DNA of 64,000 nt from a virus (IMGVR_UViG_3300023240_001094:1-64000), one strand, 5' to 3'. Shown: positions 1 to 9,434, numbered from the stretch's first letter. Numbers and translations: made by a program. Notes: generated by a model from the letters alone, not told the origin.

Positions 1-97
1 TCAAAATGGCAGTTACAACCAAAACGTTTGCGAGGATATATAGTCCCCAATACTCTTGGCGTTTTGCTTCACCTGAAAAACTCAAATATTTAGTCAT
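1..97 (-). CDS. DUF805-like membrane protein, truncated at window edge
   Basis: Manual translation MTKYLSFSGEAKRQEYWGLYILANVLVVTAIL resembles the DUF805 N-terminal motif F-S-G-R-A-x-R-x-E-Y-W. Confidence 0.6.
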   Translation of the reverse strand, partial: MTKYLSFSGEAKRQEYWGLYILANVLVVTAIL

Positions 98-111
98 AAT
101 ATAGTTCCTTG

Positions 112-288
112 TTATGCTACTTTAACAACAGTAGCGTTTAATTTGTTTGCAACTTCTGTCGCTGACTTCTCATTATCAAATGTTAGATCAACAACCTTAC
201 TTGGCCTCGTATGCATCTTAGTAATATCGCCTTCGAAAACATAATGCTTAACAAGATTACCGTTACGTTCAATTGCATATACAGTCAT
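112..288 (-). CDS. small hypothetical protein (58 aa)
   Basis: Manual translation MTVYAIERNG...VVKVA*, AAGGAAG RBS upstream. Confidence 0.6.
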   Translation of the reverse strand: MTVYAIERNGNLVKHYVFEGDITKMHTRPSKVVDLTFDNEKSATEVANKLNATVVKVA

Positions 289-304
289 TGATCTTCCTTT
301 TATT

Positions 305-386
305 TGGTATCAGCTAAGGAGTTGAACCTTAAAGTAACTAACTTGACGCCTGAAAGTTATTGTTAATTCGCAAACCTGCGCTGACA
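305..386 (-). ncRNA. degenerate tRNA-like element
   Basis: TGTCAGC/GCTGATA acceptor-like stem, T-arm TAAGG-TTCAACT-CCTTA, terminal CCA; D and anticodon arms non-canonical; lies 4 nt downstream of tRNA-Arg. Confidence 0.5.
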
Positions 387-390
387 TATA

Positions 391-468
391 TGGCACTCCC
401 GGTAGGACTCGAACCTACAACCTGCCGATTAGAAGTCGGCCGCTCTATTCCAGTTGAGCTACGGAAGC
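391..468 (-). tRNA. tRNA-Arg(UCU)
   Basis: Cloverleaf GCTTCCG...CGGGAGT-G-CCA; anticodon arm GCCGA-CT-TCT-AA-TCGGC; T-loop TTCGAGT. Confidence 0.95.
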
Positions 469-475
469 ATTGTTT

Positions 476-940
476 CTATTTATTAAAATCTATTCTATAC
501 TGCTTTCCATCCAATGTAAATAGTAAAGTTGAATAAGAATAAACTTTTTTGGAATTTTCTTTGTATTCAACAACAGTCTCACATTGACGTTCTGTTTTAT
601 ATCCTACGATGACTGATTGTGATTTAGGCTTAGAACCCTTATCAGCACCAATGACTCCGCCCATAACAGCACCAGCTGCGGCACCATTGTCTTTACCAGT
701 AACAGCCTTACCTGCTAAGCCTCCGATGATCATTCCAAGGATAGCACCTTCAGCGGCATTACCTTGCCGAGAACGAGTCTCGTATACCGGAATATCAACA
801 TTGTAACAATGTTTCACATTGACTGGAGTTGAATTATACACTGTTGTATAGTGATCCTTCACTCGAGCATTTACGGAAGCGTCAGCGAACCCTGAGGTTG
901 CTACACTAGATATGGCCATAGCCAAAATTACTGTTTTCAT
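476..940 (-). CDS. exported glycine-zipper 2TM protein
   Basis: Signal peptide plus GAILGMIIGGLAG...GAAAGAVMGGVIG glycine zipper. Confidence 0.75.
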   Translation of the reverse strand: MKTVILAMAISSVATSGFADASVNARVKDHYTTVYNSTPVNVKHCYNVDIPVYETRSRQGNAAEGAILGMIIGGLAGKAVTGKDNGAAAGAVMGGVIGADKGSKPKSQSVIVGYKTERQCETVVEYKENSKKVYSYSTLLFTLDGKQYRIDFNK

Positions 941-941
941 T

Positions 942-998
942 CTACATATTTCCTACCCAGTGGGTCACATCATCGCATGGATCATCACATTTAGACAT
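942..998 (-). CDS. 18-aa peptide MSKCDDPCDDVTHWVGNM
   Basis: GGAGG RBS, first ORF after the GTGTACA...TATAAT promoter at ~1030-1060. Confidence 0.4.
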   Translation of the reverse strand: MSKCDDPCDDVTHWVGNM

Positions 999-1060
999 AG
1001 TATCTACCTCCAACCATATAATCATTATTTATTATACTACGGATTTATAGGTATGTACAC

Positions 1061-1654
1061 CTATTTTGTGACAACTTCTACATTTTTTGGTGTTTTAAAT
1101 TTAACATTGTCGTGCTTATGGTGAAGTACAAATTGTGTATCTGAAAACTCATTAAAGATTCCGTCCCAGATAGGTCGCCAGTTGTTAATCAATCTCATGT
1201 TGTTTGTATCACCGCGATCAGAGTTAAGATAGAAGTCAGTGCAGCTTCTTAGATTAAAGTCAAAAATTGAATCAAAACCATACATATGAATTTCTGTTCC
1301 TTTCAACTTATTTGCCGAATAATGAACTGCCATATGACCACAATTAAAGTCGGTGTAATTGTTAACATAGTCAGGTTTATCTAGATAAAATTCTTTGATC
1401 TGACCGGCCCAGGGTAATCTCATAGCAGGATTCATTTCAAGATATTTGTGAGGTCTAAATCCTAGAATCCACTCCCCAGGCACCTGAACACTCCCCTCAT
1501 GCATGGCTCTCATCATTTTGAAGTCGACCATACAAGTTCCATACACTCCTTCTACGGCGAATGGTGGAAGATTACAAGTGATCTTTAAACCTTTAGATGG
1601 TTTGTAGAGACCTGCGTTGTCACCATTACCCACAACATGAACCACTCTAGACAT
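1061..1654 (-). CDS. hypothetical protein, possibly glycosyltransferase-related (VVGNG and YGFD motifs)
   Basis: ORF track; motifs resemble sialyltransferase/Maf-like folds; last gene of the glycosylation cluster. Confidence 0.5.
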   Translation of the reverse strand: MSRVVHVVGNGDNAGLYKPSKGLKITCNLPPFAVEGVYGTCMVDFKMMRAMHEGSVQVPGEWILGFRPHKYLEMNPAMRLPWAGQIKEFYLDKPDYVNNYTDFNCGHMAVHYSANKLKGTEIHMYGFDSIFDFNLRSCTDFYLNSDRGDTNNMRLINNWRPIWDGIFNEFSDTQFVLHHKHDNVKFKTPKNVEVVTK

Positions 1655-2291
1655 TCATCAATTCCTTAATTTTATATTTACCTTTATAGCCTGTCCAGTG
1701 CATTACCTTAACATCTTTAGGAACGTTGTCGTCCATAATATCAAGACGAAGAGTATTATACTGCTGTGGCAAATCAGTAATATGTATAAGTCTTTTCATG
1801 CCTTCTTTTATCATATGATGTAGAACCTGTTGGTCGCCATCCTTTGGATATAAGGCAACTTCTGAAGCCCAGTCATACATAATAGCCGGAACATCCTGAA
1901 AGGCAACAACACCTGTATTATGCCATTTCTCCATATACCGCTTGCTCCATGGATTATCAATGCCAAGAGCTAGTTTGTTTGGTTCAATATAATTAAAGAT
2001 ATCTGTAATATCACACCTAACTTCACAGTCAGTATCAAGCCAGCAAATCTGGTCAGCAAAATTAGACGCTGTTATCATGGCCTTAGGTTTTTTAAACCAA
2101 CCAACGTCTTGTGTTCGAACACTTTTACGAATTTCTGCATATGCCGATGTTTCCATACCAAAGTCCATGATCATGAGTTCTTCGTTAGGCATATGCTTTC
2201 TAAAGTTATCAACAAACCACGGAAGCATCCATTCTGTTGAAGAATCACAACCTGTAATGAATAATCTAGATAATGTCATATGTTTCGCCAT
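1647..2291 (-). CDS. GT-A fold glycosyltransferase (nucleotide-diphospho-sugar transferase)
   Basis: WLDTDC DxD motif, NTGV, GDQ, HWTG. Confidence 0.75.
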   Translation of the reverse strand: MAKHMTLSRLFITGCDSSTEWMLPWFVDNFRKHMPNEELMIMDFGMETSAYAEIRKSVRTQDVGWFKKPKAMITASNFADQICWLDTDCEVRCDITDIFNYIEPNKLALGIDNPWSKRYMEKWHNTGVVAFQDVPAIMYDWASEVALYPKDGDQQVLHHMIKEGMKRLIHITDLPQQYNTLRLDIMDDNVPKDVKVMHWTGYKGKYKIKELMNV

Positions 2292-2910
2292 AATTATGTT
2301 TCGCCAAGCAGCCAGCTTGTTTCTGAATTGTCGTGAAGCTATCTCTTGCTTCTATTGGCCAAGGGTAATATTCTTGTAACGTAGGAAAGTTCTGTAAACT
2401 AAGGAACACATCAGTAGGAGCAGCATGGCTCTTCGCTTTATCTATAAGAATCTTTGCGCCCCGTGGTGTGATCATATAACCATGAGCGCCTGGAAAGTAT
2501 CTCTTAGATGTAAGCGGATTCACGCCAAGTTGCATTGGCGTTTGAGCTTTACCGTAACTAGGCTTACCGAGATTCATAACGTCTCTAAATTGCTTGAATA
2601 CTGGAATATGATCAACAATAACCGCATCATGCTCAAGTATGAGAAACGTTTCATTTGTAAGAAGGCATTCGTCCCACAGAGCGTAATGAGAAAGAAATGC
2701 CGATAAACAGTTTTCGTATCGTGAATAGACTTCCTTGAATCCTTCAGTAGGAATATTAAACTTTTCTGCAAGCGCAATCGGATTTGCCTTGGGTGTAACA
2801 GCTTTAGATTTTTCGATATCAATGCCAAACTTGGCGCCTGATCTAATACATCTATCAGCAACCTGAACCGAGCGTTCGTTATCTACCATTGTAATTACAT
2901 ATGATTTCAT
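2266..2910 (-). CDS. glycosyltransferase family 25-like
   Basis: SH..LW, LILEHDA, GAHGYMITP, PTD motifs. Confidence 0.8.
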   Translation of the reverse strand: MKSYVITMVDNERSVQVADRCIRSGAKFGIDIEKSKAVTPKANPIALAEKFNIPTEGFKEVYSRYENCLSAFLSHYALWDECLLTNETFLILEHDAVIVDHIPVFKQFRDVMNLGKPSYGKAQTPMQLGVNPLTSKRYFPGAHGYMITPRGAKILIDKAKSHAAPTDVFLSLQNFPTLQEYYPWPIEARDSFTTIQKQAGCLAKHNYGETYDII

Positions 2911-3602
2911 AATGATGTTGTTGAGGGAAGTCCCTGCACCTCTGTATAGAATGTTTTTGTGACACCGAGATTTGGCATAAGTTGCTTACACATAATAGCA
3001 TCATTTGGCCACAGACCGAATTGTGACACTAGAAGTTTAAGGTGTTTTGCTGCATCTGGTTTGATTATATATGCCGAGTTTCCAGCGATCCCCTGTGGAA
3101 CTCTTTCCTCATCAACGGTTGGAACCGGTTGAATATCCGGACCAATTGGATTAATGCTATCGTGGAAATTCTTTGATCTACGTGTTGCACCACGTGGATG
3201 ATTGATGCCAATAATATTATATGCGCTCGGTCCAGCAATCTTAGTATGAAGTTGTTCAATGAAAAGTGCATCGTGTTCAAGTATCAGAAATGGCTCGTCG
3301 CCCTTAGAGCATTGATCCCATAGCTCGTAATGACTTAATGCGCAAGCAATACGAGCAGACTTGTTCTTAGTTGGATACGGAGACTTGAGTAATCCAGATG
3401 CAATATCAAGCTCTTTTCTATCCCAAGGATAGTTCCAGGTCAGCTTATGTTCAATCATTTTCCGACCAACAATATCTGGAGTTACCGCATTAAATCTTTC
3501 AATATCAAATTTATTAAAAACCCTATCAGAACTTTTCTGTAGAGTTTGAAATCCCCTTTCTGAGATAGGATTGTTCTTTACTACGATTCCAAGCGCTTTC
3601 AT
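2907..3602 (-). CDS. glycosyltransferase family 25-like
   Basis: ACALSHYELW, LILEHDA, GNSAYIIKP, PND motifs. Confidence 0.8.
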   Translation of the reverse strand: MKALGIVVKNNPISERGFQTLQKSSDRVFNKFDIERFNAVTPDIVGRKMIEHKLTWNYPWDRKELDIASGLLKSPYPTKNKSARIACALSHYELWDQCSKGDEPFLILEHDALFIEQLHTKIAGPSAYNIIGINHPRGATRRSKNFHDSINPIGPDIQPVPTVDEERVPQGIAGNSAYIIKPDAAKHLKLLVSQFGLWPNDAIMCKQLMPNLGVTKTFYTEVQGLPSTTSL

Positions 3603-4231
3603 TTTGTCACCATAAGAATGGCGCTATCCCCAATAAATTTACCATTTGATTTTTTTCTCGTGTCATATAACGTAGTATCATACGCAATAAGCTCATTCAA
3701 AAAGTCTGCGTATGCAAGACGATTATATTTAGTAGTGTCTTTCAAAAGCCAGGGGTCAGCTAGTTGCTTATCTGTCATAATATCAAATGGCCAAACGTCC
3801 TCGACAAAATACTTTCCATCATCTTTTAGAAATGGTACAGTGTGACGGAATGTGAGTCTGTTTGCCTCTGGCCAGTGGGCACCGTCATCAATGATAATAT
3901 CAAATTTAACTCCTGGCCAAGCATTCTCAATAAGGGCAGTAATATTCGGATCCAGCGAATCCGCTTTAAGATGCTCTACACGTTCCTCATTAAGAATCGG
4001 AATTTCATGCGCCCGTTTGCGAATAAAAATATCTAGACCGTAAATTGTAGCATTAGGAAAATATTCATGCAGCGCAGCCGTGCTTGCGCCCTTGAACACA
4101 CCAATCTCAAGAATGTTAATATGTCTGTATCTAACCGTCTCAAAGTGCGGTTCATATACCTCATTATAAAAGTGTTTAACAGAACCTTTATCAGTCTCAT
4201 GTTTATCAAAAATCTTTAACAGATCACTCAT
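3599..4231 (-). CDS. class I SAM-dependent methyltransferase (sugar O-methyltransferase-like)
   Basis: TDK, LEIGVFKGAS, DIIIDDGAH, YFVED motifs. Confidence 0.85.
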   Translation of the reverse strand: MSDLLKIFDKHETDKGSVKHFYNEVYEPHFETVRYRHINILEIGVFKGASTAALHEYFPNATIYGLDIFIRKRAHEIPILNEERVEHLKADSLDPNITALIENAWPGVKFDIIIDDGAHWPEANRLTFRHTVPFLKDDGKYFVEDVWPFDIMTDKQLADPWLLKDTTKYNRLAYADFLNELIAYDTTLYDTRKKSNGKFIGDSAILMVTK

Positions 4232-4916
4232 TTTCTAGTCTCCAGATGTTTTTTGTAGGACCGCCATCAAAGTCGTATCCAAACATATCTATGTCAGCTT
4301 TATACCAGTCAGCGATAATCTTAATTGTCTCTGGAGTGTAAAGGTCCATATATGATCCTTTGTTTAATGCCGTGACATTACGTGCCTGACTCATTTCTTT
4401 CAAACCAAAATAATCACAGACATCTTGATTATAGTTCTCGAATGAAAGAACATCACACTTTAAATTACCTTCAGTGTCTGTCATATGGTCTAAGGCTGGA
4501 TACCATCCACGAACGGCTCTATGCCACATGTAAGGCATATTACCCCATTTATGTCGCTCTTCAAGAAATGCCTCGAATGAGCTAACATCTGCATAGGACT
4601 TATCAACCTTACGTTCTACTTCAATTACCTTCTTTGCAAAGAAATACCGAGAGACAACACGATCCCAGGGATTTCTGATGATAGCAAATGCGTCTACACT
4701 TGATTGAATGTCTTGCGATAGGTCTTGATATCTTGCATGTTCGTTACCATGATGATCATTATTAGCTTTCATAATACGATGCAGCTCTTGCGTGTATGTT
4801 TTACTAATATGATATTGCTCACTAGCAACAATAATTTTGCTACTTAGTAGTGGGGATTTACGAATTGTCATTCCACCATTTTTAGGAATGTGAATGAATA
4901 GTTTTTTAGTTAACAT
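4224..4916 (-). CDS. sulfotransferase family 2 protein
   Basis: FIHIPKNGGMTI (5'-PSB) and IRNPWDRVVS (3'-PB) PAPS-binding motifs. Confidence 0.85.
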   Translation of the reverse strand: MLTKKLFIHIPKNGGMTIRKSPLLSSKIIVASEQYHISKTYTQELHRIMKANNDHHGNEHARYQDLSQDIQSSVDAFAIIRNPWDRVVSRYFFAKKVIEVERKVDKSYADVSSFEAFLEERHKWGNMPYMWHRAVRGWYPALDHMTDTEGNLKCDVLSFENYNQDVCDYFGLKEMSQARNVTALNKGSYMDLYTPETIKIIADWYKADIDMFGYDFDGGPTKNIWRLENE

Positions 4917-5697
4917 GTTTCATAAGCTCCTCTACATTTTCACCGTGCTTTGGCAATTTATCTTTTAGAAAGAAATGCACAAAGTGTGCCCTTTTGACTG
5001 AGTAATCATCTATTGCTTTATAAAGCGCATTCCACTTCCAGTCTAAGGCTTTGCACCTCATACCAGATTCTTTGACAAACGTGTTAAGTAGCGTTTGATC
5101 CGTTGACCATTTCCATGGGCCTTGTCCATCAATAAATGGCTTGAACTCAGGGCGACGTAGAAACTGCATAGGTGTCTGCCCATTCAAATACTCAGAGAAT
5201 GATTTATTCATTACCATCATTCCCATGTTATAAAAATCAGCGCCAGTCTGAGGATGCCAATTAAACAACTGCTTAAGTGGATTCATGCCATATTGCATAT
5301 TCGAGTAGTTCTTAATCTTGCTGGCATATTGTGCCGTGATTGGCATACTCCGCTCAATCACAGCGCCAAAGTCAAAACCGATAGGAAGATCATCAAAGAT
5401 AATAGGAGCACCAGTGCGAATATAAATATCAGCATCAATAATAGCAATTTGGTCGTATTCTTTAAAATACGCAAACGCATTTTCCTTTTCATAAATTGGA
5501 AGAAACCCCCCATGCTTTTCATATGATTCTTTACTGCGATTTGTCGTAAATGGATCTGGCGCAATCATAAGGGTTGGTGTTCTTTGAACAATATGATCTG
5601 CACCAATCCGCTTTGCATATGCAGCAACAGAATCAGTGCAGTGGTCATACAGCTTGGATTTTTTACCTAGATATACCTGATAAATTAACCTTTTCAT
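4906..5697 (-). CDS. GT-A fold glycosyltransferase (GT8-like)
   Basis: IIDADI, NMGMM, DQTLLN, KWN, HFVHF. Confidence 0.75.
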   Translation of the reverse strand: MKRLIYQVYLGKKSKLYDHCTDSVAAYAKRIGADHIVQRTPTLMIAPDPFTTNRSKESYEKHGGFLPIYEKENAFAYFKEYDQIAIIDADIYIRTGAPIIFDDLPIGFDFGAVIERSMPITAQYASKIKNYSNMQYGMNPLKQLFNWHPQTGADFYNMGMMVMNKSFSEYLNGQTPMQFLRRPEFKPFIDGQGPWKWSTDQTLLNTFVKESGMRCKALDWKWNALYKAIDDYSVKRAHFVHFFLKDKLPKHGENVEELMKHVN

Positions 5698-5915
5698 TTA
5701 GAGTAATCCACAATGCGTTCAGCGATTTCCATTGCTTCTTTCCAACCGGATTTAAATCGGTTGCTTTTATAGCTATATGAAATAAACGATTCCAGACCAC
5801 TGATGCTACTATCAATATCTGTATTAAGATTGCGAGCAATGTTTTCCCACTCACTGCGAAGATTAAGAATTTCAAATACACTCATTTTATTCTCCAGTAG
5901 CATAATTGTAAACAT
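5694..5915 (-). CDS. hypothetical protein
   Basis: ORF track; overlapping operon arrangement. Confidence 0.55.
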   Translation of the reverse strand: MFTIMLLENKMSVFEILNLRSEWENIARNLNTDIDSSISGLESFISYSYKSNRFKSGWKEAMEIAERIVDYSK

Positions 5916-6471
5916 CTTTCCAGTTTCTCATTAATGGAACGTTGTCATAATTCATATTGTGAGAGTGTTCAATTAGAATTGAGTCCAATCCAAGGTCGAG
6001 GCCAAGTTCAGCATTTTCAATCTTGTCTTCAATCCAAATATCACCTGAGTCTTGATATGGAGCAAGAGCTTCGTCTTTATCTGCTCCAGTATCACAATAC
6101 GTGAACTTTTCAAATACGCCAGCACCAAAGAGTTTAATCAAATTTTGCTCACGAAGGCTTTGCGCGTTGCGATCAAGAGACAATGAGGTAATCACGTGAA
6201 ACACATACCCATGTTTTTCGTGAAGTTTGCGCACGTAATGAATAGAGTCGCGAAGTGGGGGAAGGAACCCAATAGCGGCAGACTCATTAAACATCTTTAT
6301 AAAGGAAGTTTTTTTCTTTTTAGTAAGTCCATAACGATCGCCCATGTCATAGGTATTCACAATATCAGCGCGTTCCTTATAACCATGACTTTGCATCCAT
6401 ACGTTAAATGCGTATTCCCAGTTTAGAAGAACTCCGTCAACATCAGTCAAAATTCTCATTATATTCTCCAT
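5887..6471 (-). CDS. HAD-family 5'(3')-deoxyribonucleotidase-like protein
   Basis: DVDGVL motif I, ITS motif II, IEDK motif IV. Confidence 0.8.
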   Translation of the reverse strand: MENIMRILTDVDGVLLNWEYAFNVWMQSHGYKERADIVNTYDMGDRYGLTKKKKTSFIKMFNESAAIGFLPPLRDSIHYVRKLHEKHGYVFHVITSLSLDRNAQSLREQNLIKLFGAGVFEKFTYCDTGADKDEALAPYQDSGDIWIEDKIENAELGLDLGLDSILIEHSHNMNYDNVPLMRNWKDVYNYATGE

Positions 6472-6494
6472 TTCATTGTATAATTCATAGTATA

Positions 6495-6770
6495 CTAAAA
6501 GTTCTTGTTTGTAAACCCCTTACCATACTTTCTTACATTTTTTCCAGTGTACCAATACAGCCAACTGTGTAAACAATGGTCTGCATCCCAGAATACTAGA
6601 AAGTCAATAATCCAAACGATATGGGGTTTATTAGCTTTTTTCCAAGCGTAGTTCCTAGCAGAAAAAGTCTGATTGCTTTCACCTAACATTATAACATTAA
6701 TAAGAACTGATAGTGCAATTGCTATTCTGTTGATATATTGAGCAATAATTTTTAATGGTTTACGAAACAT
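6495..6770 (-). CDS. hypothetical membrane protein
   Basis: ORF track; hydrophobic segment, NQTFSAR, DHC. Confidence 0.6.
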   Translation of the reverse strand: MFRKPLKIIAQYINRIAIALSVLINVIMLGESNQTFSARNYAWKKANKPHIVWIIDFLVFWDADHCLHSWLYWYTGKNVRKYGKGFTNKNF

Positions 6771-6937
6771 TATGCATTTTCTTCCACATCAACTGATTCA
6801 GAGATATTCTTTAAATCATTTCTTGTTAAAAATTTATCATGGTCAACATTTTTAATTCTAATGTCTTTGTCAATTGATTTTGCTTTATGTCTGCCGTATT
6901 TTCTATTACGTGGATCAAAGCGCTTATATTTAGCCAT
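6770..6937 (-). CDS. small basic hypothetical protein (55 aa)
   Basis: Manual translation MAKYKRFDPRNRKYGRHK...; TAATG overlaps on both sides. Confidence 0.6.
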   Translation of the reverse strand: MAKYKRFDPRNRKYGRHKAKSIDKDIRIKNVDHDKFLTRNDLKNISESVDVEENA

Positions 6938-7686
6938 TACTTAATTCCTAGCATCTCTTTCGTCATAATGTAATCACGAACAAAGTCAGAACGAACGATG
7001 TCTTTCCATGTGAATTCAGTCACTTCAAAGGTTGCCATATCCTCAACAATACGCATAAAGTTTAGAATGCCATTTTTCTCATCAGTCTTTTCAAAGTCGG
7101 ACTGGTAATAATCTCCAACAAGAATGATTCGACAGTTGTTTCCAACCCGGGTTGCTACGGTGTCAAGTTCATGGAAGTTAAGATTCTGCATCTCGTCAAC
7201 CAAAATAATAGCATTATGATATGACGTTCCTCTAAGGAATGATGTAGGTTCAAACACCACTCGTTTATTAGCCTCAAGCTTAGACCAAGCTTCTTTGTTA
7301 TTAAAAATTTCACCGAATAGTTGCTGATAAGGCTTTTTGTATGGATCAAGTTTTTCTTCCATGCCAGGAAGGAATCCAATATCACGTGTTGGAACAATTG
7401 AACGAACAATAACGAGTTGCTCATATGGCGTTTCTTTATCAAGTATTTGTTCCATAGCAAAATGGATACCCATAAAGGTTTTGCCTGTTCCTGCTGATCC
7501 AGCTAAGACCAAATGATTAGAGTCTTTTTCCCAATCGTCTTTTGCCTTTTGTTGATTATTAGTCAACGCTTCAAACGGTTTGATATGCTCTAAACGAATA
7601 GCATTAGATGAGTATGATCTAGATGTTGATTGTGTTGCCACGGCCTGAGCCCTTTTTAATTTGTTTCTGCATATCTTTGAATCCAT
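6937..7686 (-). CDS. phoH: PhoH-like ATPase (true start probably downstream of 7686)
   Basis: GSAGTGKT, IGFLPG, FLRG, DEMQN, GDYYQSD, DIVRS. Confidence 0.92.
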   Translation of the reverse strand: MDSKICRNKLKRAQAVATQSTSRSYSSNAIRLEHIKPFEALTNNQQKAKDDWEKDSNHLVLAGSAGTGKTFMGIHFAMEQILDKETPYEQLVIVRSIVPTRDIGFLPGMEEKLDPYKKPYQQLFGEIFNNKEAWSKLEANKRVVFEPTSFLRGTSYHNAIILVDEMQNLNFHELDTVATRVGNNCRIILVGDYYQSDFEKTDEKNGILNFMRIVEDMATFEVTEFTWKDIVRSDFVRDYIMTKEMLGIK

Positions 7687-7855
7687 CAGGAACTTTTAGA
7701 TCGCGGTTTCCTGACACGCTGCTTACTATCTTTGGTGTTGCTAACACTTGCTTTAGGTTTTGATTTTCTTCGAGATTTTTTTGGAGGTCCGTCCAGCTGC
7801 AGGTCACGTCCCACCGCTCCATCGTCTCTTTGTTTTCTATTGTGTATACGGGCAT
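7619..7855 (-). CDS. small hypothetical protein (FmdB-like MPxY start)
   Basis: MPVYTIEN...PKIVS...VPDGFKD; position just upstream of phoH. Confidence 0.65.
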   Translation of the reverse strand: MPVYTIENKETMERWDVTCSWTDLQKNLEENQNLKQVLATPKIVSSVSGNRDLKVPDGFKDMQKQIKKGSGRGNTINI

Positions 7856-8126
7856 ATAGTGCTTTCCAACTTAACCAATTATTTTCAATGTCGTATCGAT
7901 GCATTGTATTCCATTGTTTAGATAAGCTGGAATACAATTGTATATATGTACGATTGCCATACTCACTTTCAACCAAGCGTAGGCAGGTTCCATTTTCACC
8001 AAAAGTAAGTTCATCAATGGTCTTATATTTTATATCACCAAATATACCTGCTTTCTGACGGTCAATAGGCGCTTGTTTAGGAACTCTTTTTTTTCTAGTA
8101 GCGGTAGGTTTCTTCTTTGTTGTCAT
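7686..8126 (-). CDS. hypothetical basic protein; C-terminus overlaps the next gene
   Basis: AGGA RBS; ORF track. Confidence 0.5.
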   Translation of the reverse strand: MTTKKKPTATRKKRVPKQAPIDRQKAGIFGDIKYKTIDELTFGENGTCLRLVESEYGNRTYIQLYSSLSKQWNTMHRYDIENNWLSWKALYARIHNRKQRDDGAVGRDLQLDGPPKKSRRKSKPKASVSNTKDSKQRVRKPRSKSS

Positions 8127-8158
8127 TTTTTATTCCTGGTAATATATGCGCATATGAA

Positions 8159-8752
8159 TCATTTTACACATGCACCGATTCTTCCATTATATTCGGGTGA
8201 AACAATCCACTCATAACCAAGCGAGGTTAAGTCCTCATTGCCACCAAAGTCTGGTATGAATTCACTTATTCCACTCTCAAAATCTGGATTACCTCTCAGA
8301 TGAATTTCAATAACACGATTACCAATATATTCAATATTGATTGTCTCATAGCTATCAATAAGATAATCAATACATTCTGGCATAGGCATCTCGTCTGTTA
8401 CCTTAAACCATTTTTTCCATTTAGTCAGGTCATTAACTGATTTAAGAACACCTTCAACAGCGAATGATTGCTTTTTGTTTACATAGTCAACACTTAGGTG
8501 CCGGCCTTCAAACCATTCACACCAAAAATATCCTAATGGAAAATGCATTGTCTCTATGTCAATCCAGACCTTCTCAGCGCCTTTACCCAGACCAATCATG
8601 TTAACACACGGCCGAACAATATACCAATCTGGCTTAGGAACATCCATTCCAACAGGACCACATACATATCCTAAGCGTCTAGATAGAATGAGTTTATCAA
8701 GAACCCATAAATCCTCTGGCCTTGTCACTGACCATACTTCATCTTCCGTCAT
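8159..8752 (-). CDS. hypothetical protein (ATP-grasp-like)
   Basis: YIVRP, WCEWFEG.H.SVD, NIE..G..VIE.H.R motifs. Confidence 0.55.
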   Translation of the reverse strand: MTEDEVWSVTRPEDLWVLDKLILSRRLGYVCGPVGMDVPKPDWYIVRPCVNMIGLGKGAEKVWIDIETMHFPLGYFWCEWFEGRHLSVDYVNKKQSFAVEGVLKSVNDLTKWKKWFKVTDEMPMPECIDYLIDSYETINIEYIGNRVIEIHLRGNPDFESGISEFIPDFGGNEDLTSLGYEWIVSPEYNGRIGACVK

Positions 8753-9303
8753 TATGCTACCTTAAACCATTGTGGGATATCACGCTTTGACCATGTCATG
8801 GAAAATCGTTCTTGCTTTGTTTGATAGAATGCACGATACGAACCAACAGGATCATTATTATCTATACAGTCAGGCGCTGCACCCATAGCAAGGCGAAATG
8901 GTGTTTGGCCAACATCTGGAATATTGGTAGGAACCTCTTTAAGGATAGTACCAAGATCGTTGAATGACTTATGTGTTTTGCCATAGCGATAAGTATATTC
9001 ATCATGGAGTGCAACAAAATGATCGTAATGCCATTTGTAATTAGTAGCAGATTCCATGGTCCAGACAGTACATGGATGGCCGACATGAACAGCCTTATAT
9101 ATAGTATTGTCATGACGATCAAGCGACCAATGCTTTACCATAGTTTTACCTGACTTAGAAGCAATCTTAGTAAGAGTACCATCAAGAACACGATGAGCAG
9201 TAGAAAGCATCTGTGCTGACTCAAGAATCATTTTAACTACGTGTTTGTCGCACTGTAGCTGTGCTGACTGAATAGGACATGTATCGAGTATAAAGATATT
9301 CAT
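8752..9303 (-). CDS. pyrimidine-dimer DNA glycosylase / endonuclease V-like protein
   Basis: MNIFILD, DKHVVKMILESAQML, HPCTVW, EYTYRYGK.H. Confidence 0.8.
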   Translation of the reverse strand: MNIFILDTCPIQSAQLQCDKHVVKMILESAQMLSTAHRVLDGTLTKIASKSGKTMVKHWSLDRHDNTIYKAVHVGHPCTVWTMESATNYKWHYDHFVALHDEYTYRYGKTHKSFNDLGTILKEVPTNIPDVGQTPFRLAMGAAPDCIDNNDPVGSYRAFYQTKQERFSMTWSKRDIPQWFKVA

Positions 9304-9399
9304 TGTAGACTCCTGTAAATATTATAGACATATTACTATAAGAACCATAGACATGTACATAGTAATAATAGAATAAATCCAACTGGCATTAGTGGTATA

Positions 9400-9434
9400 C
9401 TACCCCCAACCATAAAGCCTCTTTTATTATACCA
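9400..9434 (-). repeat. 35-nt exact repeat, copy 1 (promoter -10 plus G-tract)
   Basis: TGGTATAATAAAAGAGGCTTTATGGTTGGGGGTAG, identical to 54764-54798 (+). Confidence 0.9.
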
